DNA of 64,000 nt, taken from positions 23,446 to 87,445 of the forward strand of contig JBAYHJ010000002.1 of assembly GCA_041666225.1 (NCBI GenBank), given 5' to 3'. Numbering within the stretch: position 1 is the first letter of the stretch; each line of letters starts with the position of its first letter. The notes under the pieces are model-generated. The model saw only the letters and a program-made list of their open reading frames with translations, did no database searches and was not told where the DNA came from. The position numbers and the translations under genes were made by a program. Source of the DNA: Minisyncoccota bacterium (lineage in GTDB: Bacteria > Patescibacteriota > Minisyncoccia > Phycocordibacterales > UBA9973). This document shows, one piece after another, positions 27,563 through 37,647 of the stretch.

Positions 27563-28892
27563 TATTAAAAATATGGATTTAGATTTATTAAAAATTAAAA
27601 ATGTGCATTTTATTGGAATCGGAGGGATCGGTATTTCGGCTATTGCGCGAATGATGTTTTTTGAAGGAAAGAATGTAACTGGTCAAGATATGCAAGAAGG
27701 TGAAATAGTCACAGAATTAAAAAAAAATGGGATAAATATTAAAATAGGTCAAACGTATGAGAATATTCCAGAAGATACTGATTTGATAATTTATACTATT
27801 GCGATTGAGTATTATGATCCTGAGCTTTTTAAAAAAATAAAAAATCAAACACAGATTCAAGTAAGGTCATACCCAGAAATGCTTGGGGTGATAAGTAAAG
27901 ATAAATATACAATCGCTATTTGTGGCACACACGGCAAGACAACAACAACAGGTATGATTTCACAAATTTTAGTTGATAATAAAAAAGACCCAACGGTTAT
28001 TGTAGGGAGTTTACTAAAGGGGCGGACAAATTTTATTAAAGGGGAAAGTGATTTATTTGTTGTTGAAGCTTGCGAATACCGAAGGTCATTTTTAAATATT
28101 TACCCCAATATTTTAGTTATTACAAATATTGATGAAGATCATTTGGATTATTATAAAGATATAGAAGATATAAAAGAGGCCTTTCATGCGATGGCAAATA
28201 AGGTTCCCAAAGACGGGTTTATTATTTGTAATCCTAATGATAAAAATATATTTGATGTGATAAAAGATGTCAAAGCTAAGGTTATTGATTGGCAAGATTA
28301 TTTTAGTCCAGAACTAAAATTAAAAATTCCAGGAATACACAACAAGAAAGATGCGGCGGCGGCTAAAGCCGCCGCCGTCATCCTCGGAATCTCAGAAGAG
28401 TATGCTGATATTGCATTAGCTCAATTTCCTGGAACTTGGAAACGTTTTGAATTTAGGGGTGAATTACAAAACGGGGCACTTCTTTATGACGACTACGCAC
28501 ATCATCCCACAGAAATAAAAGCAACACTTGAGGGTTTCCGAGAACTTTATAAAAAAGAAGATGGATGGAAAATTACAGTCGTATTTCAGCCTCACTTATT
28601 TAGTCGTACCAAATTACTTCTGAATGATTTTGCGCAAAGTTTTAAAGATACTGATGAAGTTATTCTACTACCAATATATTATGCTCGTGAAGTTAATGAT
28701 GGAAGTATAAGTTCTAAGAATTTAGAAAATGAAATAAATAAAAATACAGATAATGCAAAATCATTTATTAATTTTGAATCTTTAGAAAAATTGTTGGAAG
28801 TCCGACTTCCAACAATGGGGGAGAAAAATATAATTGTTACGATGGGAGCAGGTGAAGCTTCAAAGATCGGAGATTTTCTATTAAAAAATTAA
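27546..28892 (+). CDS. murC: UDP-N-acetylmuramate--L-alanine ligase (MurC)
   Basis: VHFIGIGGIGISAIARMM Rossmann N-domain and ICGTHGKTTTTGMISQIL. An alternative start lies at 27573. Confidence 0.9.
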   Translation: MKLNGSIKNMDLDLLKIKNVHFIGIGGIGISAIARMMFFEGKNVTGQDMQEGEIVTELKKNGINIKIGQTYENIPEDTDLIIYTIAIEYYDPELFKKIKNQTQIQVRSYPEMLGVISKDKYTIAICGTHGKTTTTGMISQILVDNKKDPTVIVGSLLKGRTNFIKGESDLFVVEACEYRRSFLNIYPNILVITNIDEDHLDYYKDIEDIKEAFHAMANKVPKDGFIICNPNDKNIFDVIKDVKAKVIDWQDYFSPELKLKIPGIHNKKDAAAAKAAAVILGISEEYADIALAQFPGTWKRFEFRGELQNGALLYDDYAHHPTEIKATLEGFRELYKKEDGWKITVVFQPHLFSRTKLLLNDFAQSFKDTDEVILLPIYYAREVNDGSISSKNLENEINKNTDNAKSFINFESLEKLLEVRLPTMGEKNIIVTMGAGEASKIGDFLLKN

Positions 28893-28917
28893 ATTATGAT
28901 ATACTTATAAAGTTAAT

Positions 28918-29781
28918 TTGTTTTTATTTTTAATTATTTATTTTAAAATGAAAAGATATTTTTTCCCTACATTAATTATAATTTTTACTATTTTATCACT
29001 TCCAGCTTATGCTGAAACAGAAGTTAATTCTGGTTTTATTCCGGGCCAGATTTGGTATTCAAAATTAACTTTGATAGAGGGGGAAACAGTAAATATTCAT
29101 ACGGCAGTCTGGAATGGGGAAAAGGATTTATTGTCAGCTAAGATTGAATTTTATGATAAAAATGTAATTTTAGGGAGTCGAGATGTAACCTTAAAACCAC
29201 TTGAATTAAAAGATATTTATATTCCTTGGAAAATAACATCTGGAGATCATGTCATTTCTGCGAAAATTATTTCTTCTATATCAACTATTTCTGGTAAAAA
29301 AGAAAAGGTAGTTCCCGATAGGAGTGTGACTTCTCTCGATAGGCAATTTGTTTCTGTTATAGCAAAAGATAGTGAGGGAGCTGCAGTTGGTAGTTCTGAT
29401 TCTTTATTAAAAGATCAAATAGACAAAACGACATCTGAAATAAATAAAATTATTCCAGAAAAAGTAAGCACTTCAGTTTCTAAAAGTTTTACTTCTTTAG
29501 ATGACTTGCGGGATAAAACTTTTACACAAGTGGATGCGATAAAAAAAGAAACCAAAGAAGAAATAGCTTCAATAATAAATAAAGAAAAAGCAATTAGTCA
29601 ATCTTTAGATAAAAAAGCAAGTACCGGAGATGGGACAGAGAAGCCAATTGCGTATATAAAATTGTTTTTGTTTGGGGTTTTATCTTTTGTCTTTGGAAAT
29701 AAAATAATTTTTTATGGACTACTTTTATTTATTGTTTTTTATATTATCCGTGCAATATATCGCAAAATAAGAAACAGATAA
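28918..29781 (+). CDS. hypothetical secreted/membrane-anchored protein
   Basis: Signal-peptide-like N-terminus (the MKRYFFPTLIIIFTILSLPAYA start is probably 28948), a Ser/Thr/Lys-rich middle and a C-terminal TM helix. Confidence 0.5.
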   Translation: MFLFLIIYFKMKRYFFPTLIIIFTILSLPAYAETEVNSGFIPGQIWYSKLTLIEGETVNIHTAVWNGEKDLLSAKIEFYDKNVILGSRDVTLKPLELKDIYIPWKITSGDHVISAKIISSISTISGKKEKVVPDRSVTSLDRQFVSVIAKDSEGAAVGSSDSLLKDQIDKTTSEINKIIPEKVSTSVSKSFTSLDDLRDKTFTQVDAIKKETKEEIASIINKEKAISQSLDKKASTGDGTEKPIAYIKLFLFGVLSFVFGNKIIFYGLLLFIVFYIIRAIYRKIRNR

Positions 29782-29786
29782 TATAT

Positions 29787-30095
29787 TTGTCAAATAACCA
29801 TATTTGTTGTTATAATAACTTGATAATGAAAAGGGTTATTTTTGATATAGTATTGTTTCTTTCCGCCTTTATATTTCCTTGGTATTTTGTTGTTTTACTA
29901 CTACTAGTGGGTATTTTTGTCTTTGTTAGTTTTTACGAATTTATTTTTGTGAGTGTAATTATTTATAGTTTATATTCTGTTCCCAGTGATAAAATAATTT
30001 CTTCTCCTATTTTTTTCTCTTTAATGATTATTTTCTCATATACTTTAATTCAAATTATTCGAAATAATATAATTTTATATAAAAATGAGATTTAA
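29787..30095 (+). CDS. hypothetical small polytopic membrane protein
   Basis: Three hydrophobic helices in 102 aa; the stop overlaps the mrdA start. Confidence 0.4.
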   Translation: MSNNHICCYNNLIMKRVIFDIVLFLSAFIFPWYFVVLLLLVGIFVFVSFYEFIFVSVIIYSLYSVPSDKIISSPIFFSLMIIFSYTLIQIIRNNIILYKNEI

Positions 30096-31782
30096 TATTA
30101 AACATAAAAGAATAAAAAGAGACATTGATCCAGATGAGATTTTTCTTGATTCAAAAAATTTACCAAATTTTAATACACAACAATTCGAAGGCAGGTTAGA
30201 AAAAGCAATACCAAAACATTCCATATTTATTATTGGACTTTTTTTCATATTTGTAGCGGTTATTTTTATTTGGCAAGCTATCAATCTTCAAATAATAAAA
30301 GGAGAAGCATATTTCAAAAAAAGTGAAAATAATACATTACAAAAACAACCTATTTTTGCAGATAGAGGTCTTATATATGATAGGAATGGAGTATTACTTT
30401 CTTGGAATACTTGGACGAAAGAAGATATAAATAAATTATCTTCACCTATAAGGTCCTACTATGAAGCTTCAGGATTTGGACTTCTTCTTGGTTATGTTAG
30501 TACTCCTGCAAAAGATTCAAGTGGTTTTTATTGGCAAGAAAATTTTATTGGCAAGGATGGAGTTGAAAAATATTTCAATGATAGTCTGACTGGAGAAAAT
30601 GGAGTTCGTATAACTGAGACAGATGTTAGTGGAATCATTCAATCTGAAAATATTATTTTACCACCAAAAGCCGGTGAGGATATAACTCTTTCTATTGATT
30701 CAAGAATTCAAAAAAAGATGTATGAATCAATTTCAAATATGGCAAAGAATTCTAGTTTTCAAGGTGGATCAGGAGTACTTATGGATATAAAGACAGGGGA
30801 GTTGTTGGCTATAACAAGTTTTCCTGAATATAATGGAAATATTTTATCAAAAGGTGATGATAGTAAAATTATAAGTGGATATTTTTCTGATAAAAGAAAG
30901 GTCTTCTTAAATCGTGCTGTTTCCGGGCTTTATAGTCCAGGATCTATAATTAAACCATTTTTAGGATATGGTGCTTTGGTTGAAAATATTATATCTCCGC
31001 TTAAGGTAATTTTTGCTAATGGGTCAATCTCAATTCCGAATCCATATTTTCCTGAGAAAAAATCAATTTTTAAAGACCACGGAACTTTCGGTTATGTTGA
31101 TATGAGAAAAGCTATAGCTATTTCTTCTGATGTATATTTCTATGAAATAGGTGGCGGATTTGAAAGTCAGAAAGGTTTAGGAATTGCAAATATTGATAAA
31201 TATTCAAAATTGTTTGGTATCGGAGACAAGACGGGAATTAATTTAAATGGTGAAAAAGATGGAAATGTTCCAACTCCAGATTGGAAGACAAAAACTTTTA
31301 AAGGGGATCCGTGGAGAATTGGAGATACTTACAATACTTCTATTGGTCAATATGGTTTTCAGGTTACACCAATTCAGATGACTCGAGCTGCTGCTGGAAT
31401 TGCAAATATGGGGACAATAAATACTCCACATATCACGCATGCCGATAATTTTTTTGAATCACAAAAAATAATTATTCCAGTTGATGAAAGTAAAATGAAA
31501 GTTATTTATGAAGGAATGCGAATGGCTGTAACAGAAGGAACTTGTACGGCTTTGAATATTCCAAATGTTAAAGTTGCAGCGAAGTCTGGTACGGCTCAAG
31601 TTGGACTTGGTAATACAAATACAAACTCGTGGATTATAGGATTTTTCCCTTACGAAAATCCTCGCTATTCATTTGCCTTAGTTATGGAGCGTGGACCGAA
31701 AGCTGCTTCAGGTAATGCCACACGCGTTATGAGTGAAGTTATAGATTATATGAGTGTATATACTCCAGAATATTTGCAGTAA
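30085..31782 (+). CDS. mrdA: class B penicillin-binding protein (PBP2-like transpeptidase)
   Basis: N-terminal TM helix, SxxK (LYSPGSIIKPF), SxN (SSDVYF) and KTG-like (KSGTAQV) motifs; 565 aa. It lies outside the dcw cluster, which has its own ftsI. Confidence 0.8.
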   Translation: MRFNIKHKRIKRDIDPDEIFLDSKNLPNFNTQQFEGRLEKAIPKHSIFIIGLFFIFVAVIFIWQAINLQIIKGEAYFKKSENNTLQKQPIFADRGLIYDRNGVLLSWNTWTKEDINKLSSPIRSYYEASGFGLLLGYVSTPAKDSSGFYWQENFIGKDGVEKYFNDSLTGENGVRITETDVSGIIQSENIILPPKAGEDITLSIDSRIQKKMYESISNMAKNSSFQGGSGVLMDIKTGELLAITSFPEYNGNILSKGDDSKIISGYFSDKRKVFLNRAVSGLYSPGSIIKPFLGYGALVENIISPLKVIFANGSISIPNPYFPEKKSIFKDHGTFGYVDMRKAIAISSDVYFYEIGGGFESQKGLGIANIDKYSKLFGIGDKTGINLNGEKDGNVPTPDWKTKTFKGDPWRIGDTYNTSIGQYGFQVTPIQMTRAAAGIANMGTINTPHITHADNFFESQKIIIPVDESKMKVIYEGMRMAVTEGTCTALNIPNVKVAAKSGTAQVGLGNTNTNSWIIGFFPYENPRYSFALVMERGPKAASGNATRVMSEVIDYMSVYTPEYLQ

Positions 31783-31838
31783 AATTGTATCTATTTTTCC
31801 TTTACTTATTACTAAAAACCATGTAATATACACCTATC

Positions 31839-32303
31839 ATGGATGAAATAAATTATATAACTGAAGAAAAAAAGAAAGCCTTACAAGAGGAATTACTCAA
31901 TTTAAAGACCATAAAACGTAAAGAAATACTTGAGTCATTGGAAGCTGCCCGTGCTCTTGGCGATTTATCAGAAAATGCAGAGTACCATCAAGCTCGCGAA
32001 GACCAGGGTAAAACAGAAGATCGTATTACTCAGATAGATCACATGCTAAAGTCTGCTGTAGTTGTTAAGAAGCACTCGAGTTCAAATGTTGAAATAGGAA
32101 CAACTGTTACTGTTAAAAAAGAAAATTCAAAAGAAGGGATTATTTACAGTATTGTTGGTGCAGAAGAAGCTGATATGGCAAGTAACAAAATATCAAATAA
32201 ATCTCCACTTGGAGAAGCCCTTTTTGGAAAAACAAAAGGGGATGTAGTTTCTATTAAAACTCCCAAGGGGCTAGTCAAATACACTCTACTTGATATACAA
32301 TAG
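31839..32303 (+). CDS. greA: transcription elongation factor GreA
   Basis: N-terminal coiled coil with LSENAEYHQAREDQG and a C-terminal FKBP-like domain; 154 aa. Confidence 0.9.
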   Translation: MDEINYITEEKKKALQEELLNLKTIKRKEILESLEAARALGDLSENAEYHQAREDQGKTEDRITQIDHMLKSAVVVKKHSSSNVEIGTTVTVKKENSKEGIIYSIVGAEEADMASNKISNKSPLGEALFGKTKGDVVSIKTPKGLVKYTLLDIQ

Positions 32304-33795
32304 AGCTATGGCCTCAATAGATGAATTACGCGATACGCGTATTAAAAAAATAGAATTATTAAAAGAAGCGGGGATGAATCCTTATCCTTCTTCTGTCTTG
32401 CGTGATTTTTCAATAAAAGAAGTAAAAGATTCTTTTGAAAAACTAACTTCAGTTTCTGAAGAAAAACATATATCTATTGCAGGTAGAGTTATTGTTGTAC
32501 GTGGACAAGGAGCAATTCTTTTTGTTGTTTTACAAGATGCTAGTGAAAGATTTCAAGCAGTCTTGAAAAAGGATTCGATAGATGAAAAGTTATTTAATTT
32601 ATTTATCAATACTATTGATAATGGAGATTTTATTTCTGTCACTGGAACTTTATTTGTCACTGCAAGGGGAGAGCAAAGTATTTTGATAAAAAATTGGTGT
32701 ATAGCAACAAAAGCTCTTCTCCCACTTCCTGACAAATGGCACGGGCTACAAGACGTGGAGGAAACATATCGAAAAAGATATCTTGATATTTTGATGGATA
32801 AAGAAGTTTATGATCGTTTTATCTATAGATCAAAAATAATTAAAGCTATTAGAGAATTTTTTGATAATAAAAACTTTTTAGAAATAGAAACTCCTATTTT
32901 GCAAAACCAAGCGGGAGGTGCAATGGCTAAAGTTTTTGAAACACATCACAATGACTACGACATGCCCATGGTTCTCCGAATTGCTCTTGAATTAGAACAT
33001 AAAATGCTTATAGCGGGAGGGTATGAGAGAGTTTATGAAATTGGTAAAAATTTTAGAAATGAAGGATCAGACCCAACTCATTTACAAGAATTTACAATGA
33101 TAGAGTGGTATGCAGCATATGAGACCCTAGAGACAAATATGGCTTGGACAGAAGAGCTTATAAGGTCTATAGCAAATAATCTATTCAAAAAGACTATTTT
33201 TAAGGTTTATGACAATGATGGAACTAATGTAGATGTGGATCTGGGGGGAGAATGGTCATGTGTTTCCTTTGGCTCACTTTTGAAAAAAGATGCCAATATT
33301 GATATCGAAACTATTACACTAGAAGAAGCTCGCACGGAAGCTTTAAAGTGGGGAGTAAAAGAAGACGAAGTTAAAAAACTTGGTCTTGGAAATTTACTTG
33401 ATAAAATTTACAAAAAGTCTTCAAGAAGTAAAATTATAAATCCAACTTTTGTCACAGATTTTCCAGGAGATTTGAAACCCCTAGCTCAACAAAATAAAAA
33501 TAAAACAGCCAAGGTTTGCCAGCTTATTATTGCTGGAGCAGAAATTACAAATCAATATGCTGAATTGGTTGATCCTCAGATTCAAAGAGAACTTTTAGTT
33601 TCTCAATCAAAAGCCAAAGAAAACGGCGATGAAGAAGCGATGGATGTAAACGAAGGTTTTATCACAGCCATGGAGCATGGTATGCCACCAATGACAGGTT
33701 TTGGAATGGGAATCGATAGACTAGTTGCAATATTTACTGAACAAAAAAATCTACGAGATGTTATTTTCTTTCCAATAATGAAACCGAAAGAATAA
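32290..33795 (+). CDS. lysS: lysyl-tRNA synthetase (class II)
   Basis: OB-fold N-domain, class II motif 2 FRNEGSDPTHLQEFTMIEWY and motif 3 GFGMGIDRLV; 501 aa. The start may be MASIDEL at 32308. Confidence 0.95.
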   Translation: MIYNRAMASIDELRDTRIKKIELLKEAGMNPYPSSVLRDFSIKEVKDSFEKLTSVSEEKHISIAGRVIVVRGQGAILFVVLQDASERFQAVLKKDSIDEKLFNLFINTIDNGDFISVTGTLFVTARGEQSILIKNWCIATKALLPLPDKWHGLQDVEETYRKRYLDILMDKEVYDRFIYRSKIIKAIREFFDNKNFLEIETPILQNQAGGAMAKVFETHHNDYDMPMVLRIALELEHKMLIAGGYERVYEIGKNFRNEGSDPTHLQEFTMIEWYAAYETLETNMAWTEELIRSIANNLFKKTIFKVYDNDGTNVDVDLGGEWSCVSFGSLLKKDANIDIETITLEEARTEALKWGVKEDEVKKLGLGNLLDKIYKKSSRSKIINPTFVTDFPGDLKPLAQQNKNKTAKVCQLIIAGAEITNQYAELVDPQIQRELLVSQSKAKENGDEEAMDVNEGFITAMEHGMPPMTGFGMGIDRLVAIFTEQKNLRDVIFFPIMKPKE

Positions 33796-33799
33796 AAGA

Positions 33800-33828
33800 A
33801 AAACCTGCTATATGGCAGGTTTTTTATT
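33800..33828. terminator. intrinsic terminator after lysS
   Basis: AAAACCTGC-TATATG-GCAGGTTTTTT. Confidence 0.6.
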
Positions 33829-33847
33829 GCGTGGTCGAGGTTAAAAT

Positions 33848-34150
33848 TTACCCAAAAAAAATATTTTCCCCACCACCAGGATTGGGAGTACTTTCTGTGT
33901 ATCCATTTTGAAAAATTTCAGGATAGCCAAAATTTATTGGGCTAAGTTTAACGTTAATGCTACTTTCAGATTGATTAACCTCTATGAGATACGGTCTTTC
34001 AGAGAGAGCAATTTGGGTTTTTCCTTTGGTTGGCTCCGGGGTTTTTTGAGTTTCCATATTTATTTTTTTGAAAATTTGTACTATTTTATTGTTTATAATA
34101 ATAAAATATATATGACCAAATGTCAAATCTAATTCTTTTCGGTTATCCAC
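33848..34150 (-). CDS. hypothetical protein (69-100 aa), doubtful
   Basis: ORF with an internal METQKTPEP start and the C-terminal motif NPGGGENIFFG. Its 5' part overlaps the mraZ promoter region. No support other than ORF length. Confidence 0.25.
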   Translation of the reverse strand: MDNRKELDLTFGHIYFIIINNKIVQIFKKINMETQKTPEPTKGKTQIALSERPYLIEVNQSESSINVKLSPINFGYPEIFQNGYTESTPNPGGGENIFFG

Positions 34151-34158
34151 AGTTTAAA

Positions 34159-34226
34159 GTGGGAGGACTTGTTTGTTTTGTGGGATGAAGTGGTGTATAA
34201 TATAATCAAGTGGGATACAGTGGGAA
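34159..34226 (+). promoter_or_regulatory. MraZ operator: five direct GTGG(G/T) repeats phased at ~10/20 bp, overlapping an extended -10 promoter (TGGTGTATAAT) of the dcw cluster
   Basis: GTGGGAG at 34159, GTGGGAT at 34180, GTGGTGT at 34190, GTGGGAT at 34210 and GTGGGAA at 34220; the spacings (21, 10, 20, 10 bp) keep them on one helical face. TATAAT lies at 34195-34200, about 60 nt upstream of mraZ. Confidence 0.7.
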
Positions 34227-34259
34227 AATAATTTTTTCGCAATAATAATTATATTTCAC

Positions 34260-34703
34260 TTGATTATTATGCTCATAGGAGAATATACACACACATTAGA
34301 TGACAAGAATAGAATGTCACTACCCGTAAAGTTCCGAAAGGAGATGGGTAAGAGTGTTGTTGTTGCACCTGGGCTAGATAATTGTCTTGCAATTTATACT
34401 TCGCGAGAGTGGCAAAAGATTTCAGAAAAATTATCTGACTCCTCGATGCTAGCATCTGATAATAGAAGTTTCTCGAGATTTATGTTTGGTCAGGCTGTGA
34501 TTGTAGATGTAGATACAAATGGCCGAATACTAATCCCGGAAAATTTAAAAAATCGTTCAGGCCTCACTTCAAAGGTTGTTGTTATTGGAGTGCAAAACCG
34601 TGCAGAAATTTGGAATGAAAAAGCATGGAACGATTACAAGAAAGTAGTTGAAAAACAGGCAGACGCCCTCGCAGATAAATTGGGGCAGATAGGTGTTCTT
34701 TAA
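34260..34703 (+). CDS. mraZ: transcriptional regulator MraZ
   Basis: MLIGEYTHTLDDKNRMSLPVKFRKEMG ... second DxxxR repeat GRILIPENLKN; 147 aa. Confidence 0.9.
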   Translation: MIIMLIGEYTHTLDDKNRMSLPVKFRKEMGKSVVVAPGLDNCLAIYTSREWQKISEKLSDSSMLASDNRSFSRFMFGQAVIVDVDTNGRILIPENLKNRSGLTSKVVVIGVQNRAEIWNEKAWNDYKKVVEKQADALADKLGQIGVL

Positions 34704-35598
34704 TATGAAACATATTCCCGTATTACTAAACGAATCCATTGATGGTCTTTGTATAAAACCAGGCTATGTGATTGTTGATGGAACTCTGGGTGCAGGTGGT
34801 CACACATTAGAAATAATTCGTCGCTTTGGTAAAACTGTAAAAATTATTTGTTTAGATTTAGATTCCGATGCAGTAGCAAGAGCAAAAAAACTTATTGAAG
34901 AGACAGATGGAGATGTAATTTACAAGACAGAAGGTTTCCAAAATATTGATAAAATTCTCAACGAATTAAAGATAGAAAAAGTAAATGGCATATTGCTTGA
35001 TTTGGGGATTAGCTCGTTTCAATTAGAAGAAGGAGAAAGGGGATTCACGTTTACAAAAGATGAACCATTGCTCATGACACTAAAGCGAAATCCAGGTGGT
35101 AATGATATTACAGCTTACTCAATCGTAAATACATGGAGCGAAGAAACGATAGCAGATATAATTTATGGTTTTGGAGAAGAAAGATATTCACGCAAGATCG
35201 CAAAAGCTATCGTCGAAGCAAGGTTAGAAAAAGAGATAAAGACAACTCTTGAACTGGTTGCAATTATAGATAAAACTGTTGGTAAATTCTATAAAGGTAA
35301 AAAAATAAATCCTGCCACAAAAACTTTCCAAGCTCTGCGGATTGCGACCAATAGTGAATTGTCAAATTTAGAAGAAGTAATACAAAAAGGTTTTAAAAGG
35401 TTATCAGTTGGAGGACATATGGCAATCATTAGTTTTCATAGTTTAGAAGATCGAATCGTAAAAAAAGCATTTGTAGATTTAAAAGAAAAAAGATTAGGAG
35501 ATGTTATAACCAAAAAACCAATAGTTCCAAGTATAAATGAGATAAAATCAAATCCACGTTCACGAAGTTCAAAATTAAGATTATTAAAAAAATTATAA
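34693..35598 (+). CDS. rsmH: 16S rRNA (cytosine1402-N4)-methyltransferase RsmH (MraW)
   Basis: HIPVLLNESIDGL...VDGTLGAGGHT and the SAM-MTase fold; the start is probably MKHIPV at 34705. Confidence 0.9.
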   Translation: MFFNMKHIPVLLNESIDGLCIKPGYVIVDGTLGAGGHTLEIIRRFGKTVKIICLDLDSDAVARAKKLIEETDGDVIYKTEGFQNIDKILNELKIEKVNGILLDLGISSFQLEEGERGFTFTKDEPLLMTLKRNPGGNDITAYSIVNTWSEETIADIIYGFGEERYSRKIAKAIVEARLEKEIKTTLELVAIIDKTVGKFYKGKKINPATKTFQALRIATNSELSNLEEVIQKGFKRLSVGGHMAIISFHSLEDRIVKKAFVDLKEKRLGDVITKKPIVPSINEIKSNPRSRSSKLRLLKKL

Positions 35599-35615
35599 AT
35601 TAACTAAAAAAATAT

Positions 35616-35939
35616 ATGACAAGAGCAAAACAAATTACAAACGATATATCAGAAAATATTGATACTCAAAAAATGATATTTCGTATTTTATGTACAGGTT
35701 CAATATTGTTATTTGCTGTATATATTTATTTAGTTGGTTCTATTACTTTCAATGTCATTGCTCGAAAATCACTAGAGAATACTGTTATTAGTTTAAATAG
35801 TGAAGTAAATAATCTTGAATTAACTTATTTAAATAATATAAATGAAATAAATAAAGAATATGCCTTTTCTAAGGGTTTTGTAGAAGTGCGTCAAAATATT
35901 TTTGCTTCACGTGATATTAACCATGTCGCAATTCGCTAA
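35616..35939 (+). CDS. ftsL: cell division protein FtsL-like (assigned by position and topology)
   Basis: 107 aa with a single TM helix and a coiled coil, sitting between rsmH and ftsI as in the canonical dcw order. Confidence 0.55.
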   Translation: MTRAKQITNDISENIDTQKMIFRILCTGSILLFAVYIYLVGSITFNVIARKSLENTVISLNSEVNNLELTYLNNINEINKEYAFSKGFVEVRQNIFASRDINHVAIR

Positions 35940-37645
35940 TGAAATTATCATCGTTTCAATTCAGAATAAGAATCGTAATAGCTTGTATTTTTTTTGTGGC
36001 TATTGTTCTTATCAGTAGACTTTTTTTTGTTCAAATCATACATAAAAATTTTTATACCGAGAGGGCAGACAAACAATATGTAACTCCATCTAGTAATATT
36101 TTTAATAGAGGCTCAATATTTTTTTCAAAAAAAGATAATTCTCTAGTAACAGCTGCCACTGTTTCTTCTGGTTTTAAAATAGCTATAAACCCCAAGGAAA
36201 TAATTGATGGTCAATCTGTCTATTCTCAATTATCTCAATATTTAAAAATGGATCAAGAAACTTTTTTATCTAAAGTATCAAAAAAAGATGACCCTTATGA
36301 AGAAGTTGCTACAGGTTTAACAAAAGAACAAGCAGATTATGTTTCTGGATTAAAAATAAAAGGCATTTCTATATTTAAAGACAATTGGCGTTTTTATCCA
36401 AGTTCCAATCTTTCTTCTCATACTTTGGGATTTCTGGCATATAAAGACAATTCTTTGATTGGTCAATATGGTTTGGAACGTTTTTATAATAGTACTCTTT
36501 CAAAACCTCAAGATGAAGCTTATGTTAATTTTTTTGCTGAAGTATTTTCCAATATAAGAGATACGATTTCAAGTTCAAATAAAGGAGATATTATAACTAC
36601 GATAGAACCTACTGTAGAATTTACTTTGGAGCAAGAATTATTGGATATTGTAAATAAATGGGATGCAGATCAAGCTGGAGGAATAATAATGAATCCTCAA
36701 ACGGGTGAGATTTATGCTATGGCGGGAATACCAGATTTTGATTTAAATAATTTTAAAACAGTATCGAATACAAGCGTATATCGTAATCCACTTGTAGAAA
36801 ATGTTTTTGAATTTGGATCAGTTATAAAGCCTTTAGTTATGGCAGGGGCGATTGACCAAGGAGTAGTAACTCCACTTACTAAATATAACGATGCAGGGTT
36901 TGTGATTGTTGATAAAAAAACCATTAACAATTTCGATAAAAAAGGTCGTGGAATAGCTACAATGCAAGATGTTTTAGATCAATCTTTAAACACAGGAATG
37001 GTTTTTGTTGAAAATAAAATGGGTCATGATAAATTTCGTTCATATATGAAATCATATGCAATAGGTGAGAAAACTGGGATTGATCTTCCAAATGAGACTT
37101 CAGGACTAATAAAGAATTTAGATAGCCCGAGAAATATTGAGTATGCCAATGCAGCTTTTGGACAAGGTATCGCCCTTACTCCCATAGAAGCCATAAGAGC
37201 TTTTTCTATTATTGCAAATGGTGGCAGATTGATAACTCCGCATTTAGCAAAAGAAATAAAATATGATAATGGTTTATCAAAAGTAATTGATTATCCTATT
37301 GTAAGGGAAAATATTTTAAAAAAAGAATCTACAGATACCGTAACTCGCATGCTTATTCATGTTTTTGAAACTTATGATAGTGGTGCCCATAAATTCAACA
37401 ATCATAGTGTTGCAACAAAAACAGGGACAGCACAAGTAGCCCAAGAAGACGGTAAGGGGTATTATACAGATCGTCATATGCACTCGTTCTTTGGATATTT
37501 CCCCGCTTATGATCCCAAGTTTATTGTCTTTTTGTTTGTAAAGAATCCAAAGGGTATAAAATATGCTTCTCAAACCCTAATTCCACCATTTGTAAATATC
37601 ACTAAATTTATTATAAACTATTATAATGTTCCTCCAGATAGATAA
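35939..37645 (+). CDS. ftsI: peptidoglycan D,D-transpeptidase FtsI (class B PBP)
   Basis: N-terminal TM helix, SxxK (FEFGSVIKPLV), SxN-like region and KTGTAQV; 568 aa. Confidence 0.85.
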   Translation: MKLSSFQFRIRIVIACIFFVAIVLISRLFFVQIIHKNFYTERADKQYVTPSSNIFNRGSIFFSKKDNSLVTAATVSSGFKIAINPKEIIDGQSVYSQLSQYLKMDQETFLSKVSKKDDPYEEVATGLTKEQADYVSGLKIKGISIFKDNWRFYPSSNLSSHTLGFLAYKDNSLIGQYGLERFYNSTLSKPQDEAYVNFFAEVFSNIRDTISSSNKGDIITTIEPTVEFTLEQELLDIVNKWDADQAGGIIMNPQTGEIYAMAGIPDFDLNNFKTVSNTSVYRNPLVENVFEFGSVIKPLVMAGAIDQGVVTPLTKYNDAGFVIVDKKTINNFDKKGRGIATMQDVLDQSLNTGMVFVENKMGHDKFRSYMKSYAIGEKTGIDLPNETSGLIKNLDSPRNIEYANAAFGQGIALTPIEAIRAFSIIANGGRLITPHLAKEIKYDNGLSKVIDYPIVRENILKKESTDTVTRMLIHVFETYDSGAHKFNNHSVATKTGTAQVAQEDGKGYYTDRHMHSFFGYFPAYDPKFIVFLFVKNPKGIKYASQTLIPPFVNITKFIINYYNVPPDR

Positions 37646-37647
37646 TT

